A stretch of 64,000 bases of DNA. It comes from Chitinophaga pinensis. Lineage in GTDB: Bacteria; Bacteroidota; Bacteroidia; NS11-12g; UBA955. The notes under the pieces were generated by a model. That model searched no databases, was not told the DNA's origin, and worked only from the letters and a program-made list of their open reading frames with translations. This document shows positions 38,880 through 46,838 of the stretch, in pieces. The translations under genes were made by a program, and so were the position numbers. The stretch's first letter is position 1, and the number at the start of each line of letters is the position of its first letter. The stretch is from NCBI GenBank assembly GCA_945888525.1, contig CAMDAF010000005.1, positions 34,512 to 98,511 of the forward strand. The letters run 5' to 3'.

Positions 38880-39788
38880 TTATTTTGTTACATTTTTAAA
38901 TACGTCTTCCAAACTGCTTTCAATTAATTTCATTTCGGTTAAAATAAGTTCTTGCTTTACTGCAAAGTTGAAAATTTCAGATTTTATTATGTCTTCACCT
39001 TTCTTCGATTTCACAATATAGGTACTGTCAGCCAATAAGCTGGCTTCAGATAGGTTGTTTAGTTCTGACAATTGCTTTGCATTTAATGTATGGTTGAACG
39101 AAACCTGCACAATATTGTCTGGACTAAATGAATGTTTTAATTCTTCAGGCTTTCCATTGGCTACAATTTTTCCATTTTTTACAATCATTACTCGGTTGCA
39201 CATAGCCTCAACTTCTTGCATAATATGGGTGGACAACAACACTGTTTTCTCCTTGCCAATATTTATGATCAGATTTCGGATTTCAACAATTTGATTCGGA
39301 TCTAATCCACTTGTTGGTTCATCCAAAATTAAAACTTTTGGATTGTGAATGATTGCTTGAGCCAATCCAACCCTTTGCCTGTAACCTTTAGATAATTGAC
39401 CTATTTTCTTGTTCTGTTCAATCTGCAAGCCGGTTAATTCAATCATTTCCTTAACACGTTGTGTTTTGTTGTTTAATTGGTAGACAGAAGCGGCAAACAT
39501 CAAATACTCTTTAACGTACATATCCATGTACAGTGGATTATGTTCGGGCAAATACCCAATCTGTTTCCTCACTTCAATTGAGTCGGTTTCTACATTTAAA
39601 CCGTTAACCCATGCGCTGCCAGAGGTAGGAGGGATGTAGCAGGTTAATATTTTCATGGTTGTGGTCTTACCAGCACCATTTGGCCCTAAAAAGCCTACAA
39701 TCTCCCCACTTTTAATTTCGAAATTAATGTGGTCAATTGCATGCTGACTTTTATAGGTTTTCGTTAGATTTTCTACGCGTATTGACAC
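38880..39788 (-). CDS. gldA: gliding-motility ABC transporter ATP-binding protein GldA
   Basis: Walker A GPNGAGKTT, signature LSKGYRQR, Walker B LILDEPTSGLD. First gene of the gldAFG string. Confidence 0.85.
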   Translation of the reverse strand: MSIRVENLTKTYKSQHAIDHINFEIKSGEIVGFLGPNGAGKTTTMKILTCYIPPTSGSAWVNGLNVETDSIEVRKQIGYLPEHNPLYMDMYVKEYLMFAASVYQLNNKTQRVKEMIELTGLQIEQNKKIGQLSKGYRQRVGLAQAIIHNPKVLILDEPTSGLDPNQIVEIRNLIINIGKEKTVLLSTHIMQEVEAMCNRVMIVKNGKIVANGKPEELKHSFSPDNIVQVSFNHTLNAKQLSELNNLSEASLLADSTYIVKSKKGEDIIKSEIFNFAVKQELILTEMKLIESSLEDVFKNVTK

Positions 39789-39891
39789 TTGGCAATAAAT
39801 ATTTGGTTGGCGAATTTAACAAGAATTTTATTATTTACATTGCAAACATATGCACCAAAATATTGCCTTAGAAAGTAAAATGACTATTGAA

Positions 39892-41337
39892 TTATTCAAC
39901 TGCCTTAAGATTGCTCACTGTCCAGATTTCAAAATTACCAACACGGTCAATTAATCTTTTGCCTTGAATTGATTTAAAATGTTCACTGTTTGAGATCGTC
40001 CTATCAATTAATAGTCGATCCACGCCATTTAAACGCATTTCGTCGAATTGGCTAATATATTCTCTCTTTTCAATTAATTCATCGAAGTTATCAAATGAAT
40101 AACCCTTAGCGTTAATAAAATAGAAGAAAATGCACCCTGAAACATCGGGTCCAACCAAACTAATTTTGGCTGATTTCATTGCTTTCGTTAATTTATTTCT
40201 TTGCTCTGTATTTTTAAATTCTTCAGGTATGCCTTTTCCCCCATTGGCCCAGCGAGACGGGATTATCCTTGCAAAAGACCAAATAAAATTAAGGCAACAG
40301 AATAACAAAAGAAATCTGAAATTAATATTCGATTTTAAAAACAAGTTTAAAACCATCAAAACCAAAAATGGCAGCAAGGCCATAAAATAATAGCTGTGGT
40401 GCTGCATCCTTTCTATGGCCACAGTATAAAACACCACAAAACCGACAATGCCAATCAAAATTTGAAATCCAAGCTTGGTAAAAGGTCTAATAAATCTCAA
40501 CAACGCCAAAAATAAAACAAAGAGTGGCCAACCCATTAAAAGTTCTGGTAAATCCGAAACTAAATTCCCTTGAACCGTCTTTAGTTTGTTGGACAAAGAA
40601 ATGGGCTTTATCCATAATCCAAATTCTTTTAAATTATTTGAATTGCTTAATTCAATGGCATACAAATACCAGAAAACAACGGTTAGGGAAACAATAAGAG
40701 CGCCAATTGTTAAAAATATTATTTCCTTTTTGTTATATCTTAAATAAACGATGGAAGATAATGGTAGAATCAAAAATTGAAATTTAATCAAGCCACAAAC
40801 AACAGCCAACAAGACACCAATAACAAAATGAATTATGCTCCCATTTTTAAAATGATGAGTAAGAAAATACAATGAAAATAAGGAGGCTGTTAATGCCATA
40901 ATATCGGGCATAGCATTCATACTGTCGTAATAGTTTTGTGGAATTGATAAAAGTATTAAAGACCCGATTACTGCGTACCTGTCATCAAATTCCACCTGTT
41001 TTAAAAACAAATAGAAAGCAAACATCCCCAGTGTGAATACCAACAAGCTAAATACTCTTGCCAATAAATCTGTAAATCCAAACGCTTTAGAAATTAGAGC
41101 AAGAGTCCACTCATAAGCGGGGAAATGAGCACCTGTAATCCCATTGCTGTTATTTCTTCTGTCAATTCTAGGGTGCATAATGTCCATGCTTTCTGTGGCG
41201 AAATTACGGCTCATTGCTAAGGTGTTGCATTGACGCCAAACATGGCTGCCGCATGGAGGTAGATTTATAAAATAGGCATGAAGCAAACCATTGACAAGCG
41301 CAAAGAACAAGAATACTTTAAGACCTTTAAAACGCAT
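39892..41337 (-). CDS. polytopic membrane protein, GT-C-fold-like (family 39/83-type glycosyltransferase architecture), tentative
   Basis: Multiple TM helices over about 370 aa plus a soluble C-terminal domain of about 110 aa. First loop VWRQCNTLAMSRNF...HPRID resembles ArnT-like proteins. Not similar in sequence to 17345..18793. Confidence 0.4.
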   Translation of the reverse strand: MRFKGLKVFLFFALVNGLLHAYFINLPPCGSHVWRQCNTLAMSRNFATESMDIMHPRIDRRNNSNGITGAHFPAYEWTLALISKAFGFTDLLARVFSLLVFTLGMFAFYLFLKQVEFDDRYAVIGSLILLSIPQNYYDSMNAMPDIMALTASLFSLYFLTHHFKNGSIIHFVIGVLLAVVCGLIKFQFLILPLSSIVYLRYNKKEIIFLTIGALIVSLTVVFWYLYAIELSNSNNLKEFGLWIKPISLSNKLKTVQGNLVSDLPELLMGWPLFVLFLALLRFIRPFTKLGFQILIGIVGFVVFYTVAIERMQHHSYYFMALLPFLVLMVLNLFLKSNINFRFLLLFCCLNFIWSFARIIPSRWANGGKGIPEEFKNTEQRNKLTKAMKSAKISLVGPDVSGCIFFYFINAKGYSFDNFDELIEKREYISQFDEMRLNGVDRLLIDRTISNSEHFKSIQGKRLIDRVGNFEIWTVSNLKAVE

Positions 41338-41340
41338 CTT

Positions 41341-41901
41341 CTATTGCTTCAATTTCAATTTGAACTTATTAACCAAAGATCTGAATATTTCACTCTCATT
41401 TAGTGTTTCTTCGTACTGTTCAGAGGCAGTGTAGGCTTTTCTAGTTGTATTTGCTGTCTCATCTATTGCAAACTGCAAGGTGATTTCTGTATCATTAAAA
41501 TACTTTTTCAAAAACGCTTGCCAATCAATTTTGATTTCGCCAATGAATTCTTCTTGTTGAACGGTCATTGTAACAACAACTTGTTTTCCTATAATTGCTG
41601 GTATCAATAGTTTTATCAAAGAAACAATAGAAACCTTTTGTTTGGCGGCAAAAAGTGCAAAGGCTTTTACTGTGTTTTCTTGGTTTAACTCAGGCGCAAT
41701 TACAAGTTCTTCCGAAATTTCTTGCACCAGCTTTTCAATTTGGGCCTCTATTTCTTTAACAGGAATGTCTTCTTCCTTTTCAAGTATTTCAGCGCTGCTG
41801 ATTTGCAACGGAGCACCTGTGTTTTTCTTTGGAATCTTAGGAAAGGAGAGGGTTTTGTCAGCGAGCTCCGGCGGTTTGATTGCATGAACTGGAAGAACCA
41901 A
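41341..41901 (-). CDS. dnaX: tau-like C-terminal segment of DnaX, out of frame with the upstream dnaX ORF
   Basis: This reading frame is open upstream to 41964, so it overlaps the end of dnaX across the A10 run. A -1 shift in that run joins the two ORFs. There is no ATG start (the track uses TTG). The charged linker and C-terminal ...TRKAYTASEQYEETLNESEIF... recall C-termini of full-length Bacteroidota DnaX. Confidence 0.55.
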   Translation of the reverse strand: MVLPVHAIKPPELADKTLSFPKIPKKNTGAPLQISSAEILEKEEDIPVKEIEAQIEKLVQEISEELVIAPELNQENTVKAFALFAAKQKVSIVSLIKLLIPAIIGKQVVVTMTVQQEEFIGEIKIDWQAFLKKYFNDTEITLQFAIDETANTTRKAYTASEQYEETLNESEIFRSLVNKFKLKLKQ

Positions 41902-41933
41902 TTCTTTTTTTTGAACAGAACTTTCGGTCCTGC

Positions 41934-43043
41934 TTAAATACTCATCACTTTTTTTTTTATTTCTTCAAGCGTGATTGCGTTGTTGATCTGACTGCGAATG
42001 TGGCAAAGCTTCATCAACGCCAATTCTATATGCAACCTTGGGTTCTTACTGTTTTTGTAATCAACATCAAACTGATTGTTGATGTTCAAAGCATTTAGTA
42101 AGAAACTTAAATCTGTTAGTTTGCTTTGGGTTTCGTATTTTGATTTGTGCGATTCTCCAACATCCAATAGATGTGTAGTCGCTTTGTCTTTGCAAACCAT
42201 TAAATTTCTAAAATGTTCGCTTAAGCCGTTTAAGAACAATTGCCCCTCAAAACCTTTGTTCAAAATTTCATCGTAGTAATTCAAAACCTCAGATATACTT
42301 TGCTCTAAGATTGATGTGGTAATCTTGAAGTAATAGTCTCTGTCTAAAATATTTAAGTTTTCTACCGCTTTTTCATAACTGATATCGCCATTGCAATAAC
42401 TGACCATTTGGTCGAAGAGAGATAAACAATCCCTTAATCCACCATCTGCTTTTTCAGCAATCAAATGCAAAGATTCATTGTCAACCTTCACATCTTCTTT
42501 TGTTGCAATCTTCTTCAAATGTTCAACCATATCCTTAATTTGAATACGTTTAAAATTAAATATTTGACACCTAGATAAAATGGTTGGTAATATTTTGTGC
42601 TTTTCAGTGGTTGCTAAAATGAAAATCGCGTATTTAGGTGGTTCTTCTAATGTTTTTAAGAAGGCGTTAAACGCTGCAGATGAAAGCATATGAACCTCAT
42701 CAATAATATAGACTTTGTAATTTCCTACCTGAGGAGGTATTCTTACTTGTTCATTTAAATTTCGAATGTCGTCAACAGAGTTGTTGCTCGCTGCGTCCAT
42801 TTCGAAGATATTGAAAGCATAATCTTGATCAGGATTGTCATTTTCCTTTTGGTTTATGACTTTAGCTAATATTCTTGCGCAGGTAGTCTTACCAACACCT
42901 CTTGGACCTGTAAATAAAAAAGATTGAGCCAAATGGTTGTTGTTTATTTCATTCAACAGGGTTTCTGTAATATGAGACTGCCCAACCACTTCGTCAAAAA
43001 CGGAAGGTCTGTATTTGCGGGCAGAAACAATGAAATTTTCCAA
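41934..43043 (-). CDS. dnaX: DNA polymerase III subunit gamma/tau, 0-frame product (gamma-sized, 369 aa)
   Basis: ARKYRPSVFDEVVGQSHI, Walker A GPRGVGKTT, Walker B IIDEVHMLS, sensor TILSRCQ. 0-frame stop TAA at 41934..41936, 12 nt after the A10 run. Confidence 0.92.
   Translation of the reverse strand: MENFIVSARKYRPSVFDEVVGQSHITETLLNEINNNHLAQSFLFTGPRGVGKTTCARILAKVINQKENDNPDQDYAFNIFEMDAASNNSVDDIRNLNEQVRIPPQVGNYKVYIIDEVHMLSSAAFNAFLKTLEEPPKYAIFILATTEKHKILPTILSRCQIFNFKRIQIKDMVEHLKKIATKEDVKVDNESLHLIAEKADGGLRDCLSLFDQMVSYCNGDISYEKAVENLNILDRDYYFKITTSILEQSISEVLNYYDEILNKGFEGQLFLNGLSEHFRNLMVCKDKATTHLLDVGESHKSKYETQSKLTDLSFLLNALNINNQFDVDYKNSKNPRLHIELALMKLCHIRSQINNAITLEEIKKKVMSI
41949..41958 (-). other. 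A10 homopolymer (slippery run) at the dnaX frame junction
   Basis: Minus-strand reading is gaa ata aaa aaa aaa gtg atg agt att taa. The -1 frame reads aaa aaa aaa agt gat gag tat tta agc ... with no stop through into ORF 41341..41901. That frame has a TGA just upstream at 41965..41967, so the two frames overlap for only 31 nt. Confidence 0.9.
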
Positions 43044-43066
43044 TTTGTTTTTTAATTTACTGAGCG

Positions 43067-43074
43067 CAAAAGTA
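43067..43074 (-). promoter_or_regulatory. Bacteroidota -7 box (TACTTTTG on minus strand) for dnaX
   Basis: Plus strand CAAAAGTA, 24 nt upstream of ATG 43043. Confidence 0.4.
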
Positions 43075-43305
43075 ATTTATTTTTTTTTCTGAAAAACAGA
43101 TGTTGATAATTTAATCAAAGCTTTAAACTTATCGGTTTGCCTTTCTGATAATGGATCGGGCGCACAAATTTTATCCTTGTTTTTTGCATTTACAGCTTAA
43201 ATAAAACAACATTTTTTTCATCCATTCAATTATAAATATACAATAGATCAATAACTGTAATAGATTAAGGCGCTACAATCCAAGTACAAACTTCTTGAAT
43301 TATCT

Positions 43306-43336
43306 TTTGATTTTTTAAATATTTGTGTTACTTTTG
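43306..43336 (+). promoter_or_regulatory. rpsP promoter: -33 TTTG and -7 TACTTTTG
   Basis: TTTG at 43306..43309 and TAnnTTTG at 43329..43336, separated by 19 bp. This matches the Bacteroidota sigma-A promoter architecture. Confidence 0.55.
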
Positions 43337-43341
43337 CACCC

Positions 43342-43369
43342 CGCAAGAACAGGAGAACTTGCGTTTTTT
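43342..43369 (+). promoter_or_regulatory. terminator-like leader hairpin in the rpsP 5' UTR
   Basis: cgcaag-aacaggagaa-cttgcg (6-bp stem, 10-nt loop) followed by T6. Ends 10 nt before ATG 43380 and starts about where transcription from the -7 box would begin. Confidence 0.45.
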
Positions 43370-43379
43370 ATATAATTTT

Positions 43380-44072
43380 ATGGCAACTAAATTAAGATTA
43401 CAGCGTCATGGACGCAAAAAACAAGCCTACTACTACATTGTGGCGGCAGATTCACGTGCTCCGAGAGATGGTAGATTTATTGAAAGGATTGGTGATTACA
43501 ACCCTAATTCCAACCCAGCAACAATCAACTTAGATCTGAAGAAAGCAGTGAAATGGTTAGACACAGGCGCTGTCCCTACGGACACCGTTCGTGCCATTCT
43601 ATCTTACAAAGGTGCAATGATGTTGCACCACTTACATGGAGGTGTCAACAAAGGCTCCTTTACACTAGAAGAAGCAGATGCTAAATTTGCTAAATGGACT
43701 GAAGACAAAGATGCTAAAGTACAAAGCAAGCGCGACAGCCTTGCAAGCGCGAAAGCTCAAACCGCTTCTGAAAAATTAAAAGCTGAAGCTAAAGTTAAAG
43801 ACGCTAGAGCTGCTGCTATCGCTGCTAAAAATGCAGTTGTAGAAGAAGTTCCTGCTGAAGAAACTGCAGTAGTTGAAGCTGTTGTTGAAACACCAACAGA
43901 GGAAACTGCTCAGGAAACTGCAGTAGTTGAAGCAGTAATTGAAACAACAACAGAGGAAGCTGCTCAGGAAACTGCAGTAGTTGAGGCTGTAATTGAAACA
44001 CCAGCTGCAGACGCTCCTGAAGAAACAACTTCAGAAGCTCCAGAGGCTGCTGCTGAAAATACTGAAGCTTAA
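43380..44072 (+). CDS. rpsP: 30S ribosomal protein S16 with a long Ala/Glu/Lys/Thr-rich C-terminal extension
   Basis: Start set at [42 protein letters not shown] (canonical S16 N-terminus). About 140 extra C-terminal residues include three tandem 18-aa repeats. Confidence 0.93.
   Translation: MATKLRLQRHGRKKQAYYYIVAADSRAPRDGRFIERIGDYNPNSNPATINLDLKKAVKWLDTGAVPTDTVRAILSYKGAMMLHHLHGGVNKGSFTLEEADAKFAKWTEDKDAKVQSKRDSLASAKAQTASEKLKAEAKVKDARAAAIAAKNAVVEEVPAEETAVVEAVVETPTEETAQETAVVEAVIETTTEEAAQETAVVEAVIETPAADAPEETTSEAPEAAAENTEA
43860..44021 (+). repeat. 3 x 54-bp in-frame tandem repeat inside the rpsP tail
   Basis: Units start at 43860, 43914 and 43968 (gaaactgcagtagttga[a/g]gc...). Encoded ETAVVEAV(V/I)ET(P/T)TEE(T/A)AQ repeated three times, with the last copy diverged. 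Confidence 0.9.
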
Positions 44073-44084
44073 TACGCTTTAAGT

Positions 44085-44585
44085 ATGACAATCAAAGTCA
44101 ACAATATTCATTCAAAACCCACCAAAAAGGTGGGTTTTGTTTTGAAATCTCATGGTTTCAACGGACAAATCCGCATCCACCTGGAAGATGATTACATCCC
44201 TAAAGATTTTCTATTTTTGGAAATCAATCAAAAATTTGTTCCTTTTGCAATTCAATCTTTCAATAAAGATTCCTCAATCCTTAAACTAAAGGGTTTTGAT
44301 ACCATTGATCAGATCAATGAATTAATTTCTCTACCAATTGTCGAAATCATTGACACAAAACCAGACGAAACAGAAACCATCATCGGCTATAGCCTAATTG
44401 ACAATGAAACTGGAACGGAATACACAATAACTGATCTTATTGAATACCCTGGGAATGTATTAATCGAATTCAGAAATGGATTCAAAGACTCCTTAATTCC
44501 AATACACGATGATTTCATAACCGAAATAAACCATGGTGAGAAAAAGATTTTTGCGCGCTTTCCTGATGGTATATTAGATTTGTAG
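44085..44585 (+). CDS. rimM: ribosome maturation factor RimM
   Basis: 166 aa between rpsP and trmD (conserved operon position). N-terminal [15 protein letters not shown] resembles the RimM beta-barrel start. Confidence 0.8.
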   Translation: MTIKVNNIHSKPTKKVGFVLKSHGFNGQIRIHLEDDYIPKDFLFLEINQKFVPFAIQSFNKDSSILKLKGFDTIDQINELISLPIVEIIDTKPDETETIIGYSLIDNETGTEYTITDLIEYPGNVLIEFRNGFKDSLIPIHDDFITEINHGEKKIFARFPDGILDL

Positions 44586-44587
44586 CT

Positions 44588-45259
44588 ATGCGCATAGACA
44601 TTATAACGGTTCAACCGGCGTTAATTGAAGGCACTATCAACCACTCAATTGTTAAAAGAGCCAAAGACAAAGGCCTAGCTGAAATAAATTTAATAAATTT
44701 AAGAGAATATGCCCTTAACCGTTATGGTCAAGTAGATGATTATCAATTTGGGGGCGGAGCAGGCATGGTGCTTATGTGTGAACCTATTTCTAATGCAATA
44801 GAAGATCTTTGTAAGCTTAGGAAGTATGATGATATCATTTATACCTGTCCTGATGGCCAAGTATGGAATCAACAACTAGCAAATGCATACTCGCTTAAGG
44901 AAAACCTAATCATACTTTGTGGGCATTATAAAGGCATAGACGAGCGTATAAGAGAATTGTACGTGACAAAAGAAATTTCTATAGGCGATTTTGTGCTCAC
45001 CGGTGGTGAATTAGCAGCAGCTTTAATCAGCGACAGCATTGTTAGATTGCTTCCCGGGGTTTTAGGTAACGAAGAATCTGCTCTTACCGATAGCTTTCAA
45101 GATGGACTATTGGCTCCGCCTGTCTATACAAGGCCAGCCGAATTTAAAGGCCTAAGCGTGCCAAATGTTTTGCTTTCAGGAAATTTTAAACTCATAGATG
45201 AATGGCGAATGGATCAAGCTGAATCAAGAACAAAAGAAAGAAGACCCGATTTATTATAA
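44588..45259 (+). CDS. trmD: tRNA (guanine37-N1)-methyltransferase
   Basis: [11 protein letters not shown]-terminus, [34 protein letters not shown]. Confidence 0.93.
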   Translation: MRIDIITVQPALIEGTINHSIVKRAKDKGLAEINLINLREYALNRYGQVDDYQFGGGAGMVLMCEPISNAIEDLCKLRKYDDIIYTCPDGQVWNQQLANAYSLKENLIILCGHYKGIDERIRELYVTKEISIGDFVLTGGELAAALISDSIVRLLPGVLGNEESALTDSFQDGLLAPPVYTRPAEFKGLSVPNVLLSGNFKLIDEWRMDQAESRTKERRPDLL

Positions 45260-45266
45260 AAATACA

Positions 45267-46034
45267 ATGAAATTAATTTTAACAAAACCTCTAGTGATTT
45301 TTGATCTTGAAACTACCGGAGTCATTACGTCCAAAGATCGCATCGTTGAATTGTGTATGATTCGCGTACAAATAGATGGATCAAGACAGGAATTAAACCT
45401 CAGGTTCAATCCAGGAATTCCAATTCCACATGAGATTACACTCATACATGGGATTTCAGACCAAGATGTAGCAAATGAACCTTTTTTTAAAGACAAGGCC
45501 CACGAACTAAATGCGTTTTTAGAAAACTGTGATTTCGCTGGTTTTAATAGCAATAAATTCGATTTTCCAATGTTGGTTGAAGAGTTTTATAGGGCTGGTG
45601 TTGAGTTTGATACTTCTAAAAGAAAATTCATAGACGCACAAAAGATTTTTCATACAATGGAACCAAGAAATCTTACTGCGGCTTACAAATTCTATTGCCA
45701 AAAAGATTTAAATAATGCCCATAGTGCCAAGGCTGATACTGAAGCTACCTGGGAAATTATACAATCCCAATTGGACAAATATGAGAACCTAGAACCAAAC
45801 ATAGATTTCTTGCACAAATTTAGCGGCCAAAGCAACCTGGTAGACCTAGCAGGAAGACTCATATACAATGAAAAACAAGAAGCGGTTTTTAATTTTGGCA
45901 AACACAAAGGTAAAAAGGTAAGCGAGGTGTTTAAATCTGACTATGGGTATTACGATTGGATGATGCAAGGTGATTTTCCTTTGCAAACCAAAAAGGTACT
46001 TACCCAATTAAAATTAAATACACTTAAGAACTGA
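45267..46034 (+). CDS. DEDDh 3'-5' exonuclease (DnaQ/epsilon-like domain) protein
   Basis: Start set at MKLILTKPLVIFDLETTG (Exo I). Exo II FAGFNSNKFDFPML. Exo III HSAKADTEAT. Confidence 0.8.
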   Translation: MKLILTKPLVIFDLETTGVITSKDRIVELCMIRVQIDGSRQELNLRFNPGIPIPHEITLIHGISDQDVANEPFFKDKAHELNAFLENCDFAGFNSNKFDFPMLVEEFYRAGVEFDTSKRKFIDAQKIFHTMEPRNLTAAYKFYCQKDLNNAHSAKADTEATWEIIQSQLDKYENLEPNIDFLHKFSGQSNLVDLAGRLIYNEKQEAVFNFGKHKGKKVSEVFKSDYGYYDWMMQGDFPLQTKKVLTQLKLNTLKN

Positions 46035-46035
46035 A

Positions 46036-46761
46036 ATGGCCGCTATTCGTTTTAAAGATTTAATAGTATACGAAGACGATGACATCATTGCCATCAATAA
46101 ACCCGCAAATCTTTCTTCTTTACACGAACGTTTTGATAGCCAGTTTTTATCTGTGGTGCAAATGTGCAAAGACATCAACGAAAATTATAGTCTTTGTCAC
46201 CGCCTAGATAGAGAGACTTCGGGCGTTATGTTGATTTCAAAAAATACTGAGGCCTATAAATTCGTAGCTGCTCAATTTGAAAAAAGAACCATTCATAAAA
46301 TTTACCATGCTGTTGTAAATGCATCAGTTAACTTAAACGAATTAAATGTTGAACTCTCTCTTTACACCGATAGCAAAAGGAGAGTGCTTATATCAAGAAA
46401 AGAAGGCAAACCGTCACTTACAGTATTTAATACATTAAAGACTTACAAACACTTTTCTCTGCTTTCTTGCAGTCCCCATACTGGTCGATTACACCAAATC
46501 AGAGTACATGCAGCGTCTCAAAATTTAGCCTTGATGAGTGATTCACTTTATGGGGGCAAATTTGCTTATTTATCTCAAATAAAAAAGAATGTTAAATTCT
46601 CATCAGAAGAGGAGAAACCTTTAATTGGTAGAGTTGCTCTGCACGCTTACAGCATCGAGTTCGAAAGTCCATCAAAAGGCAAGGTTAAAATCAATGCCCC
46701 GTACCCTAAAGATTTTGAAGTGCTAATTAAACTATTGGATAAGTACGATGAAAATAAATAA
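46036..46761 (+). CDS. RluA-family pseudouridine synthase
   Basis: Catalytic HRLDRETSGVMLISK motif and HQIRVH motif. 241 aa, with no S4 domain. Confidence 0.85.
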   Translation: MAAIRFKDLIVYEDDDIIAINKPANLSSLHERFDSQFLSVVQMCKDINENYSLCHRLDRETSGVMLISKNTEAYKFVAAQFEKRTIHKIYHAVVNASVNLNELNVELSLYTDSKRRVLISRKEGKPSLTVFNTLKTYKHFSLLSCSPHTGRLHQIRVHAASQNLALMSDSLYGGKFAYLSQIKKNVKFSSEEEKPLIGRVALHAYSIEFESPSKGKVKINAPYPKDFEVLIKLLDKYDENK

Positions 46762-46786
46762 TGCAATTGTTTAAAATTGATGCAAT

Positions 46787-46820
46787 AAAAAAACCCGAAA
46801 AATTATTTTCGGGTTTTTCT
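46787..46820. terminator. bidirectional rho-independent terminator between convergent genes
   Basis: aaaaaacccgaaaa-atta-ttttcgggttttt: 8-bp GC-containing core extendable to about 13 bp, 4-nt loop, T-runs on both strands. Confidence 0.8.
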
Positions 46821-46838
46821 TTATAAATTAGGATTAAT

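Noticed and set aside
39841-39857. Sigma54-like sequence TGGTGCATATGTTTGCA (minus strand) upstream of gldA
   Set aside because: The GG-to-GC spacing is one nucleotide too long (TGGTGC-N6-TTGCA instead of N5), and sigma54 promoters are very intolerant of spacing changes. The same bases also provide a TATGTTTG -7 box, which is a simpler explanation.
43044-43320. Searched the region upstream of dnaX for an SRP (4.5S/ffs) RNA gene, which often precedes dnaX in other bacteria
   Set aside because: Neither strand has a GGAA-tetraloop helix with the conserved AGCA / symmetric-loop signature. Only promoter-like elements are present.
43825-44091. 88-aa Q/L-rich ORF antisense to the rpsP repeat region
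   Set aside because: Its periodic QQL repeats are simply the complement of the GAA/GCT-rich tandem repeat in the S16 tail.
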